A stretch of DNA of 64,000 nt from Epithemia pelagica (Eukaryota > Protista > Bacillariophyta): assembly GCA_946965045.2 (NCBI GenBank), contig OX337237.1:1054001-1118000 (forward strand). Reading direction: 5' to 3'. A model generated the notes under the pieces. That model had not been told where the DNA came from. It saw nothing but the letters and a program-made list of their open reading frames with translations, and did not search any database. The position numbers and the translations under genes are program-made. Below, in pieces: positions 11,730-23,729 of the stretch. Each line of letters opens with the position of its first letter. The first letter of the stretch is position 1.

Positions 11730-12836
11730 ATGGGTGGATATTCGTGGTTGCAGTGTTCCGATCAGGTCACAACAAGGCGACCAACGGAGAGACATTGTTT
11801 TACCGTGAGACTGCTTTTTTCAGGCACACTCTTACTCCTACTCGCATTGTCGGTCGAAGCGACATCTTCTTCCAAACCAGCAACTCGAATCGGTTGGTTG
11901 AGTCGAAAACGACATGTCGAAACAGCAGTTGATGATGAGGAGAATGGATTTGGCTGTGAATTGCCCTTGTCTATGGTGACAGACCAACGAAAGACCAGTA
12001 GAAGAGCAACCGAGCCAACAATCAGCACATCCACATTTGTTCGAGGAGGAGAAACATTGGGAGGACTACGATCCGACCCAGGTATCATGAGTGGTGCTCA
12101 ATATGGAGGATCCTTCCCTTCGACTAGTGGTGATGATACCAGATACCCCTATCGGTCTTCGTCACGCAATAGTCCCTATGGTGGTCGCTCCTCATGGTCT
12201 TCCTACCCGCGCATCAATGAGAGTCGAGGGTCCTTCAACAAACGCACTCGTAATTTCTTTCAACCCTTTACGGACTGGTGGACTATCAATGTATCGCCCA
12301 ATATCAAGAACTGGCCCAAAATTCATTGTCGGGTGGAACCTACCACGACGCTCAAAATTCGCAAAACCTTTCGACCCCTTCATACCATTGTGCAAGTCGG
12401 GGCCGATTTCAATACGCAACTCAGTGTATGGCAATTCAAGAGTTCGTGGGAAGATGCACTGATTGGTGGAAAGTTGACCTTGGCGGGACGCGAACTGCAA
12501 TTCACCAAAAGTTGGCAACTCTCGGTCGGAGCCATGGGAGATTTGGTCACACGCCTAAAATTACGGGCTGCCGTCGACTTGCAGACCTGGAAAGCCTATG
12601 CCCGCATTGGCTTTCGAACGGAACGACTGGCACCTATTAATGTCATGGAAGGGTTTACTGTCATGAAGCAAATTCCACTCGATGGGAACAAGGGACATGT
12701 CAAACTAGAAGTCAAGGCCAATTTTGCACTGCCGGAACCCGAAATTGAGTATTCCACCGAAATACAACGAAGCGTCATTGGGATGGGAGACATTGAAATC
12801 AACATTGATGAATTGAATCTGGTGTTGGACTATTAG
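11730..12836 (+). CDS. Presequence-bearing protein with a beta-strand-rich C-terminal domain (possible beta-barrel pore)
   Basis: Hydrophobic LLFSGTLLLLLALSVEA, then a long S/R-rich linker, then about 170 aa of alternating amphipathic strands ending LNLVLDY. Confidence 0.7.
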   Translation: MGGYSWLQCSDQVTTRRPTERHCFTVRLLFSGTLLLLLALSVEATSSSKPATRIGWLSRKRHVETAVDDEENGFGCELPLSMVTDQRKTSRRATEPTISTSTFVRGGETLGGLRSDPGIMSGAQYGGSFPSTSGDDTRYPYRSSSRNSPYGGRSSWSSYPRINESRGSFNKRTRNFFQPFTDWWTINVSPNIKNWPKIHCRVEPTTTLKIRKTFRPLHTIVQVGADFNTQLSVWQFKSSWEDALIGGKLTLAGRELQFTKSWQLSVGAMGDLVTRLKLRAAVDLQTWKAYARIGFRTERLAPINVMEGFTVMKQIPLDGNKGHVKLEVKANFALPEPEIEYSTEIQRSVIGMGDIEINIDELNLVLDY

Positions 12837-12974
12837 ACAAGAAGAAGAAGAGTACAATACTCGACTTCTACGACAACTACTAAATGTAACAATTCAGCAA
12901 TGTTGTGACGAAGAATGATTCATTGCCCTGGGGCCCTTCAATTCACCATGAACGTGTGTGCCCGTTCATTGGTC

Positions 12975-14130
12975 TTAGTAGTAGTATGGGAATGGTTCAT
13001 GATCATCGCCATCGTTCTCTTCTTCGTATTCAGGTGCTCTCCATACACCGGAGTCAACCTTCTCGTCCTGAACAGACGGTGATCCGGCCGACGAGAGTGA
13101 GTTGCTTTCATCAAAGGAGAAACATGGGTAGAGTCCAAAGGACTCGTTATTTCTTCTTGTTATCCGCCGAGATGTTCTTTCCCTTTGGACTTGTTGGTCA
13201 TGTGATTGAGCCGAATGCATCGGCGCTTGCCTTTCTTTATTGGGTCCCTCCCCTCCAACAGAACTCCGTTTCCCTTCGTCGTCCACGGATTCTCTGCGTC
13301 GTTTCGTCTTCTGGCTACACACATCCATCAAACTTTCCGATTGAATGTCACCAGCTGAGGTGGATCGTTTTCGTGGACGGGCAGTTTCAGTTTGTCGATG
13401 CATCGCATCGTGACTACTAGCCATGGCTGCCGCACTGCTAGCAGTGGTAGAGGAGGGTGGGTCTTTTCTGGAAATGAGATCGCGTAGTTGCTGTCCGACT
13501 TTTTCCCGGGCTACCGCGTCTGTAACTTCTATCCACCGCTGCGTTTGTGGATCCTATCAATGAGAACAAGGAAGGGTGAGTAAATCGACTGTAGATCATC
13601 TTCGTGACATGACTATGTGCCGAGGGACAATCCCATTGCAAGTCCATCCTTGTAGAATAGTACGATTCTAGTGAATTCTCAGAAGCTGCAGTCTCACCTG
13701 CTTGACAAAACCTTGGCAGTCACTGGCTTCCCGAACAGCGTCCACGATACTAACAACGATCGATGACTTTTCTGTTTTCGTTTTAGCTCGGTCATATTTC
13801 TCAAGATTGAGTTCACAGAGTACCCGAAACCTCCGATTGCCAACTTCATGTCCACCGCAGTAGTTGGATGAAAGGTCGTTAGATATGTGCTGCACAAGCT
13901 TGTACTAGACATGTGTTTGGCGAGAACTTACTGTGATCGTAGGGTGCCCGACCTCGCCCACATATGACAGTCCAGTTGTCTGGCTGGTAGTCCTCGGGCA
14001 ACATCCGAGACTCTTGTCGAGGTGCCAACGACTGCATTCGATTCACATAGTTCATGTAGTCGAAGCGATGGTTCTCATCGTTACTCTGATTGCTCATGCT
14101 CCTGGCATTCTTTCCACCACGGTCAACCAT
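12975..14130 (-). CDS. DUF6824-domain protein, 3 exons (introns 13844-13931 and 13554-13697)
   Basis: VICGRGRAPYDH|IGNRRFRVLCELNLEKYDRAKTKTEKSSIVVSIVDAVRE..GFVKQ|DPQTQRWIEVTDAVAREKVGQQLRD. Both introns are GT-AG and join in frame. Confidence 0.85.
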
Positions 14131-16021
14131 TACAGTCCATGCGAGTGTGTGGGATAATGCATGAGTACTGCAAAGCGTGAGCATTGATGATGTTCGTTTT
14201 CTGTTGTCCTTAGGCCGACTAGTCTAGATGAAAGAAGAGGCATGCACTTTCTTCACTTTATTGTGACCAGCATAGTTAGGTCTTTTTCATAAGTGGTGAG
14301 GTACGATCATGCCATTGTCTAAGGTCGAACTATTGCTTTGGTTTTTGTTGTGAACTGTGATCGCAAATGATACAACCATCTAGAGGATCGAACTTTCTTC
14401 GATGCTCTTAGATACTCTGCGATTGTTCTGCATGTCCATTGAAAATCGAGTATGGGAATCCATCACGCTTGAGGAGTGGTGAGATTGTTTTCCATTCATT
14501 GTACGACCGTCTCGAGACACTTTCGGTATTGATTATCCAGCACAGAGACATCTTTTGTGGACATGTCGCACGTCCACGATCAACGACAACCTGTCGGCTG
14601 GTCTTTCACGTGTGATCGATGATCGTAAGGGGGTGGTATTCCCGCATAACTCCTACTACCTACTCTCCGACCACCAAGAAGTCAGTGATAGATCCCATTT
14701 CAATGTCCCAGAAAAGCAGCATGCCATTACCAATCCTTGGCGAAAACATTTTATACCATGGTTATATGAAGGCGAGGAGTAACCAGTGATTTTTCTCCTT
14801 GCAAATAGCATGTAAGATTGATTCTCTCTTTGCTCTAGTTTATCCCAGGAGGCAATCTGTACTTCGAAACCGTAGTATTTATGCGACATGAACAACAACA
14901 TAAGAGACCTGTCTTGCAATGTCCACAGTCGCCTTTATCCCTCTCAAAGAAAAGGAATCTTTGTCCCCTCCGGGTCGTCCTATTGTACCTAGGCGTTTTC
15001 ACTCTTTAGTTCGTGCTTCAATGTGGTTTGCATCTATCCGCAGCATGTTTCTTTCATGATGAGACAAGTTTTTTCCGAAAGAGCAACGACAAGCACTAGT
15101 ACTATCCTCGGTTTGTTGTGTCGAAATTAAGATTACGTACTATCATGTACCTTTGGTTGGTGTCTGAACGAGACACGACAATGTACGTCTCTTGAGTCCG
15201 TTCCGTATTTTGATTGTCATGGAATCTTTTTCTTCTTATCAATGCTGGTAAATGGACATCGAAATTGATGTAACAACATTGCTTTCATCAAAAGTCCAAC
15301 TACTACAAGGTCTCCTAGAGGAGTACCTACGAGTAAGGAGGAGAAACGAGGAACGATGACACGTGAAGGCTTAGTAACACAGGTAGCATCCATAGATGTT
15401 TAGGCTTCTCTTCAGCGACTGAAAGGTGATTGGAGGATGTGTGTCTCAGCCCGACTGGGCAGTCGGTCGACCGTACCCTAGCGGGTAGGCGCGGCAGCTG
15501 GAAGAATAGACTATTCCCTTTTTTGTAGTCTCATCTTTCGTGATATTCTCATCACCATGGAAAGTATGTGGGTTTTGGCGTGATACATGTTGAATCCATG
15601 TCACTCCCATTGTATGGCGCGCAGTCTGAGGGAGTGGAGTGCACATAGCAGGGACATCTCGGCCAAAAGGTCATATTCGCAGCGTTTCACACTGCGATTG
15701 AAAAGGCGAACTGGGATCCTCCGCGATGTGCAGCAAGGCGACGCAACCGCCGATTCAAATCAGCAACGTCGACTTATCGAATGATTGATTCAATGTGAAG
15801 GAGACATATGACTAAAACGACCTTTGCTGTTCAAAACAAGCGGGTATGAGATCATGGTGTCAATTGTGCTGGTACCAACCCGAGGAAGCACAGTCCATGG
15901 TACTCCGATTTGCGATCCAGACGGGGGTTATGATGTGAGAAAAGAACTGTGAGACAGATTTCGTAACTGCCAATGCCTATCTACTTATGCGTCGACGGTG
16001 CGCTTTGGATTCTCTATGTGC

Positions 16022-16059
16022 ATATTGTCCTGTTTGACCTATATTGTCCTGTTTGACCT
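16022..16059. repeat. Perfect 19-bp tandem duplication (atattgtcctgtttgacct x2)
   Basis: Read directly: 16022-16040 equals 16041-16059. Confidence 0.9.
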
Positions 16060-16811
16060 TGTTTTCTGAATCAACATTTCTACTAAAGCGGCATTTCGTC
16101 ATCTCGTTGATTCTATAGCATGGAATTTTCCATACACCTCAGGCCGCAGGGGCACGGATATCTGAAACTTCGTCGAGGGCGACAAGGAGCTCAGCCTGGT
16201 ATTGGGGGTCCTGTCACTGATTTGTCAGAACAAGAAGATTTAACCATCATGGCTCTGTGCATAAGACATACGAGTACCCAGTCTTGGCGTGGGTAGAGAT
16301 TTATGAGACAAATTATCCACAACGGGAAGAATGACTTCTCAGGTAGGTGATCCGAGTGACGCTCCAAGCTGCGCACCTCGCATTGAGAAAAGATACCACC
16401 GGTTCGCGTTCGCATCCCCATCTACAACCGAGCTTTCTTTTTACTCCATATGGCTTAAATCAATGAATAAAATCAAGTTGAGTTTTATGGGTATCCGCTT
16501 GAGCGTATCAATGCACGGGACATATTGCCTTGTGTCACGGAACAGAAGAACAAATCAATCAAGACAAGCGATTCCACAAAAAAATCCTAAAAGGACGCCA
16601 ATCCAAACAATGCGAACTGCCCCAGATCCTTTCGAGATCGAGGTGTTCATCCCATAAAACAGTTTTACCGACAGCTGACAAAAAACAAGCCGCAAATCTT
16701 TAACACCTCATTCGTCTTTGCTCCATCCCCCTTCTCGTTTCTCAAGAACTGCAACAAAACCTTGGTCTCAACAATTGCATTGACTCTATACCTACAGATA
16801 ACTTCCAAAAA

Positions 16812-17562
16812 ATGATGTCTCTCACTACCTGTACTCTGATCTTCTTGTCGAAGGTCCCAAGTACGACCCTGGCATTTTCAGCCCTCCTTCCTCGACAACA
16901 ACATCGTCGTCGCACCGTCATTGTATTCACCACAGAAAAGGATCTTACATTCAACCCGGCCGAAGGATACCGATCTGTGAACCTACCAAGAGCCAATTAC
17001 TGTGCTCAACATTTTGGAGTATGCTCTGTGGAAGAAATTGAAGACCTTCGTGACAGTAAGTTTTGGAATAGCCATGCAGGATTCGCATTCTCGGCCTACA
17101 CCTCAAGTCTTTCTCATTATTTTGACACTGTCTTTCTGAATAGATTTGCACAAGGAACGGCTTCAAAACTTTGTGTTTGGTGGTGGAGACCAGCAGCATA
17201 CTACCAAAGAAGCCATGGAACATTTGGTATTGGAAGAAGAGTTGGAACTCCAACTCAATTTGCTTCGCGATGAAATCGAATCCACCAGCACCACCAACGA
17301 GGCAGAGCTCTTTCCTCAAGTGGAAGAACCCATGACGGAATTGCCACACCTCAAAGACAAACAGGTAAAGGAATCGCATACTCTGGAGGAAGATACCGCC
17401 GAGGTGATTCATGTCGTCGAAGATGTTCTTCATCACATGGAACATTCCGTGGCCCTGCAAGAACCGGCCTTGATGGAAGAAAGCAATTTGGAAACCCTGG
17501 CCATGTGTGCCGTGATCTTGGCTCTGGCGTTGGTTCCCGAAATACTCCACCACATGAACTAA
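16812..17562 (+). CDS. Plastid-targeted uncharacterised protein (intron 17056-17143)
   Basis: Signal peptide plus TLA-FSA cleavage motif. gtaagt...aatag joins ANYCAQHFGVCSVEEIEDLRD-NLHKERLQNF. C-terminal hydrophobic segment. Confidence 0.75.
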
Positions 17563-18088
17563 TAGGGCTAGACGCTGTGGAATGTCTCGCCCCATCTGCC
17601 CGTTCGTCGTTGTGACGAGTCCTCGACCAACCTACGTACTATCTGAATTCATTCTTGCTACTACACTTCCTTCTTCCTGTGGGTCACCTGCCATCATCAT
17701 CATGTAACATGCATCCGTACAACAGGCAACGCACCAAATCACGAGCATGATAGATAGAGATTGATCCAAGCAGCGCGCTTTTGCATGGAAACAAGTTGAT
17801 AACATATCACAAAACTTTAGTGTTTCTTATCATCCTATTATATCCTTTGTACATTAGGGAGGGTGACAAACAGACCGCGTTCGCAAACATGACTGTGTAA
17901 GTGTAATTTTTTAACCCACTTCCGCACATTGTTGCTCCAAGAACTTTGAAGCTTCAGTTTAACAGTTGAAGCCCCGCCTCACGACGTATCCATTCTTTCA
18001 GCGGTTTCTCAGTAGGACTGGACATTCATGATGGACCAGACGACTTTCTTTCCGAGTTGTGTCACAACAACGAATGACTATCCTTCTT

Positions 18089-20442
18089 TCAGTCGTCTCC
18101 TGGACTAGTCAGGTTGTTGCTGAAAAAGCATTCTTCTTCTTCTTCTCCATGGATATCGAGATCCATGTCATTGGAAACTGCATGAATTTCCTCTGCCTCT
18201 GCCTCTAGCAGCGATGCCAGGGTGGGAGTGGAATTGAGTTCGTTTGGTCGTGGAACCAGGACGGAATCTTCAATATCGCTATTGTAATGAATCGTCGAGG
18301 GCGCCTTGGGCGCCGACGAGGGCATAAAGATCCGGCTGGGTCGAAAGGCATATTCATGCACTTGTCGTCGCATGGCCTTCTCCAAGGCCTGATACAGGGG
18401 TTGTGCCGCTTTGGGACCTGTTTGCGACAAGAGTTCCAAGGCCGACAAGGAACTCAGGGCTCCTCCGTAAAATTGAGCATTCACTTCTTTCCGAATCGTC
18501 AAAAAGGAACCTTCCAAACTCAAACCGGCAAACAAGCCCTGAGAATGCGCGTACGCATAGGCCGTGTGCAAGGTCCAATCACCGGTATGCAACTGCGAAT
18601 GGGCCCCGCGTCCCAGTGGACCCACTGCCACATCCAATTCTGCTCCCACTTGCAAGGAATTCTTTTGGTGCACCAAGTCCAACACGGCCTGTTCCGTTGT
18701 AAAAACAACCATGTAATGTGTCTGTGCGACACGACACGAAACGACACAACAAATAAGCAACACCATCAACAACAGATGCAACAACACCAACAACAACAAT
18801 GAGCGAATTGACAGGCTTTGGACACACAAAACCATCGAATGCAACGACTTACCACATCGCCACCCACCAAGGCTCCCCATCCCATTCCCATGGTCCCTAC
18901 AGCAATGGGTGCACTCCAAATGCCCGCCAAGTTGTCGTCGTCACCCGCATCTGTGCTCAGTCGTTTGACCAGCAAGCCCGTTCCGACTCGACCCGAAACG
19001 ACCAATCCAGCCTTGGCCACGGTCAAGAACAAAATACCTTGAGCGGCATGGAGCAAATCGACTGGAATGGATTGATCCGATTCTTGGAAAGAGGCGGATT
19101 CCGAAAGGGAACTACTGGCCATGGTCGTCTTTGATGGAAGGGGCGGACACATGGTGTCCACGGTCCAACAAGCTTGACGGATGGCCGAGGTGAGGGAAAA
19201 GGAGACCGGATTGTGCCTTTTCCACCAATTGAGAGACGTCGCGGAAGATGACGACTCCGGTTTGGACAACAACAACTGTTGAGAATCTTGTTCATTGACA
19301 AGAAAGGGTGTCTCATTGTGTAACGAGGTCGATTGTACAGTCTCGGATGACCCCTCTTGCCAGTCTTGATGACACGGTAGGGGCGACTTTTGGGTACAAA
19401 AGTCTTGAACGGCCGTTTGGACGGCTCGTGGCATGGATTGAGAATACACGAGATGAACGACATGGACCAACCAAATATCCAATTGCTTCAATCGATATTG
19501 AATCAACTTGTGATAGGATTGTGGGGCCCATACTTGTGCCGGTGACCACAACCCCAATCGACCCGACAAGGATCGTCCGGGAAACGGTGTCGGAACACGG
19601 ACGCCATGGCGTTGCAACACGGCGTGCAATTTGTGAAATTCCGAATATCGATGTTCGACCGTCCATTCGTTCGATTGTTGTTGTTGTTGTTGCAAGGGTG
19701 TCACTCGCAAGACATAGGCCGTATATTCCTTCTGCGAAACATCCACGCGCGGTTGTGCTGCAATGACACGAACCATCAAGCCGTGTTGTTGTTGTTCCTG
19801 TCGCAGCTCTTCCAGGGCTTGTGTCATTCCGACACCATGCTGGCGCCATTCCTGACGCGCCAATGACACGGCATGCGTTTGATGTTGTGGTTGTTGTTGT
19901 TGTACGGTAGGTCGTTGTTGTTGTTGATGATGTTCTGGAGACGATGCCTCGTACCAAGGATTGGTAGTCGGTGCGATATAGATGGGTTGTTGTTGTGGAT
20001 TGGAATGATGATAGGAATGTGGTGGATGCGGTGCTTCTTGAGAAAAGCTACTTCGTGAGGAAACCGCAGTGTTTCTCGAATCCATAGTGGAGGAATAGGG
20101 TTGTAACGGTGCTGGAGAGTGGACAGACGGATCCTGGGAGGCAACTCGTCTGGGTGTTATTGTGTCACGCGCATTGGGGTAGTGATACGAGATTCCTTCT
20201 CCCCCATGGTTGCCGTGAGCATTGACCATCGGAGAGTTTTGCCATCTGTCCATCGAATCCTCCGATCTCATGCCACCACCACCAAATCCTCGACGGCGAT
20301 CCTCGTAGGACGGCGACACAAAACTGGGGGATGGAACAGTGTGGCGGCTATTGGGATGGTGATTCAAATGAGGCGATTGTTGTTGTTGTTGAAGCTGCGC
20401 TCTCTGCCGAGCCTCTTGGCGAATCAAATTGTCCACCACCAT
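18089..20442 (-). CDS. PX-domain plus SYLF (Ysc84/SH3YL1-type) domain protein (intron 18722-18852)
   Basis: PX: YTAYVLRV..WTVEHRYSEFHKLH..FP..R..QLDIWL. SYLF: AQGILFLTVAKAGLVVSGRVGTGLLV..WSAPIAVGTMGMGWGALVGGDV|THYMVVF..SQGLFAGLSLEGS..NAQFYG. Confidence 0.9.
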
Positions 20443-21862
20443 GGCCAAGATTCGACACGAGTCTAGTAGCAATAGCCAATCTCTCGAGTTGTATCGTCAA
20501 TGCCCAATGTCTTCTGGATCGATTCCTCGTTTTCACGTCAAAACTTGTGGATCATGAGAAAAGAGTGCCACATGGCGATGGCGTTGTCCACAAAAAAAAA
20601 ACCCGACGATGGAGCTGTACTTTTTTACACATTTTGTTGCATTTTCAATGATTTTTCAGACTATAACCGGAAGCTCGACAGACGGAGTGAGTATTAAAAC
20701 CTCAGCGATCATCATATACACGACTTAGAATCGACCATCACTTTGTCTCTTCGATGTGGATTCTGCGATTGAATAAGAAACGCTAGAGTTTTATCTCGGT
20801 CGGATCCGAATCAGACGCTTCTGAATTGCAGGGGGACCATGGTGATCAATGGGAAATCAAATCGTCTCAACGGATCGTTTGTTTAGGTGATGCAACAAAG
20901 TCAGGATGACCGCTAGATTCAGAAAGTCCGTTTCTCACCCGTCCTATTCCTATGTACAAGTTTAAACTATGGAATCCTCTCGGCAAGGTCACACCACCAC
21001 AAGAGAAAAGAAATGCATTCTACGGGCCTTGTCGCAAATATGGTAATTCATCCGCAATGAAGGAACTCTTGCATGACAAAGTACACGCCATGGTCAAGCC
21101 TTCATGGAGCAGCAGCATCCGATGAAAACAGCTCTATCTCGTTGCGAGGACAAATGATTCAATCACTACTTTCTTGCACCCCATCACCAGATAATACTAG
21201 TTCAATTCTTGTGTATCAGGACAGTCTGCTCTCCATAAGAATGCACTTCCATTCCTCCGAAGGTGTGTGTTCCTAGTAGGATTAGTAGATCGTTGGGATT
21301 TTGGATGGACGAATCTTGTCCACTGTAGGGTTTCAACAAGTTGTACATAACGAGTGGAGCTCGACTCCTCCGAGGTACGGTTGACATTCTCTATACTTTC
21401 TTGCGATAGGCTCTTGTTTGGCGGCGCAGCGTGACTGCCGTCAGCTGTTTGAGCGGCGCATCGCACAGCATTGGAGAATCGAAAATGTGAGAGAATGGGG
21501 GATGATGGGGGATGGACGATAAGTACTAAGACGTTATATAGACGTTAAGTATCAGCCGATACTAGAATTCACTTAAGTGCGATACGGATACCATACACCG
21601 GAAACGGCTGGCACGTGTGTCGCAAGCGAGCCACGAGTTCGGTTTCTTAGGACACTCCAGCTTCGCCAAGCGCCACGACAATCTATGAATTTGATCGCCG
21701 GGGGATCACCGAATCCGTGTTGGAGGCAAGGAAAGCGATCGAGAAGGCATCCATATCCTTGGTTCCAAGGCATGGTTCATTATTTTCTGGTTTGATCAAC
21801 CGGGTAGAGCAAGAGGGAGAACCAATCGACTCCATTGGATAACAACAGCCACAACAGCAAAG

Positions 21863-23287
21863 ATGGTACAACACTTGTTTAGCAACGTCGGTTTTCGACA
21901 GAGCCTCGTTCTGGTCTTGTTCGTAGCGGTCTTTTCTTCGGCGGAAGGTCGTGTGCTCCGTCGAGAGCCAAGAAAGACCACAACAACGACAACTGCGACG
22001 AGAGGTGAAACTCGTCGTCGTGCCGATAACTATGGTGGATCGGGCAATGGATATGGATATGGCAATAGCGGCAAGGGCTACGGTTCGAGCGGAAGTAGCC
22101 ACGCTGGACAAAGTTACGGCACAACCAACGCCTATACCGGTAGCAGTGGCAGTGGCTACAGTGGCATCACAACCTCCTACGGTGGCACCGGCTCTTACGG
22201 TGGTGGCAGCGGCACGTATGGTAGTGGCCCCCAATATACAGGAAGCACATACGGTGGAAACGCGTATACTGGAAACTCGAATGGTGGAAACTCGTATGGT
22301 GGAACAGTCAGTTCGGCCCAAGGAGCGAGCACCGGTACTTCTGTCTTTGGTTACTCATCAGGTATAAGCAGCAGCACTCTTGATTCGACTACCAACAACT
22401 ATCAGGAACCGAATTATCAGGCGTCCTTCTACGATTCCGAAGAGCAGCAAAAACAAAACTTTTTCAACGATGGAAATGGCAAGCCATCCATCTTGTTCCT
22501 TGTTGGAGCCGTCGCTGCTGCCTTTGTGTCTTGTTTTGGTATGGGAAAGATTCGTCAGATCCAAAACAGATCCTCCTACCTCAAAGCACGCGAAAGTGCT
22601 CAAATTCTGTTGGAGGAAAGTGCACTCGGCTATGTTGCCGCCGCGGCTCCCACCACTCGTGCCGTCAAGAATGTACCCGTAAGCGGCGAGTACAAAATCT
22701 CGTATTTGGAACAGGGAAGAACCTTTTACTCCAAAACCCATTTGAAGTTTGGCATGTCTCGTGACCGAGGTGGATGGGAGATTAGCGGATACGGCAAGGA
22801 TGCGGATGGACACTTTAAGATTGTCGAAGGTTTTGTTTCACCCGCTCCTGCGGGTGCTGCTGCCGCCTCCAGTGGCGAAGCAGCCACGGCGGCCTCCACC
22901 GTGGCAGCCGAAACTTCCACCAAGGCCTTGGCCATGAATGCTTACTGGGTGGAACAGGCCGAAAACGAAGAACGTCTTGTCTTGAACACGGGCACCTTCC
23001 ATTTTGACCCGCTTTCAACTCCCCACTTCGAAGGTGGTTGGAAAGCAAGCAATGGCATGTCCGGTCAATATCATGGCTTCCGACTGGAACAACAGGACAA
23101 GATCCAACCAGCGGGAGATCTTTTGTCGCACATTCCAAAGCGTAAAGGAGACGACGTATCGATAATAGCCGACGTAGAACAATGTGGCAAGTCAGACGAC
23201 GACGGTCCATTGAAGCCCGCAGATTATCAACTCATTAAAGACCGAAAAGACAATGGTCGTCCCAGAGGCGTCCAGTTGGTGTTTTAA
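21863..23287 (+). CDS. Type-I membrane protein: signal peptide, RXL motif, G/S/Y-rich ectodomain, TM helix, globular C-terminal domain
   Basis: VLVLFVAVFSSAEG-RVL; YGGS/YGSS/YTG repeats; TM ILFLVGAVAAAFVSCFG. Confidence 0.8.
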   Translation: MVQHLFSNVGFRQSLVLVLFVAVFSSAEGRVLRREPRKTTTTTTATRGETRRRADNYGGSGNGYGYGNSGKGYGSSGSSHAGQSYGTTNAYTGSSGSGYSGITTSYGGTGSYGGGSGTYGSGPQYTGSTYGGNAYTGNSNGGNSYGGTVSSAQGASTGTSVFGYSSGISSSTLDSTTNNYQEPNYQASFYDSEEQQKQNFFNDGNGKPSILFLVGAVAAAFVSCFGMGKIRQIQNRSSYLKARESAQILLEESALGYVAAAAPTTRAVKNVPVSGEYKISYLEQGRTFYSKTHLKFGMSRDRGGWEISGYGKDADGHFKIVEGFVSPAPAGAAAASSGEAATAASTVAAETSTKALAMNAYWVEQAENEERLVLNTGTFHFDPLSTPHFEGGWKASNGMSGQYHGFRLEQQDKIQPAGDLLSHIPKRKGDDVSIIADVEQCGKSDDDGPLKPADYQLIKDRKDNGRPRGVQLVF

Positions 23288-23729
23288 GGGAGGAAGGACC
23301 ACCATATCTGTTTTTCCTTCACCCGATAGTATAGTTGCCCGTTCACACCACAATCGTGCGAAAATGTATTGTTGAACCATTGTTAAACCTAAATTAAAAA
23401 TCCATGGAACCACTATTCTCGAGTGTTTGTATCCATTTGTCTCAGACAGATATACGCTTCCTAAGAGTTATTCTGTTTTCTTCCTTTCCGTGAACAGCCG
23501 CGCCGAATGACAATGAAACTGAAATGTGCCTGTTCAGGAGGAACTTGGGCTATAGAAGAAAATGTTAGATTGATGAGGTCATCATGGCTTAAATCAATCT
23601 TTAACGATGAAGTTCTATAGAGCTAGGCAATCCATTTGTTTTGTGGGGTAGAGTGAGTCAGTGGTTGAATGCACAAATGATTGAAGTGTGCAGGCCGTCT
23701 GCAAAAACAAACTAGAAACGACACAATGC

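Noticed and set aside
14200-16700. Short ORFs (for example 14656-14919) as genes or TE remnants
   Set aside because: No motif I can recognise and many stops; the stretch may hide a fossil, but that cannot be supported by eye.
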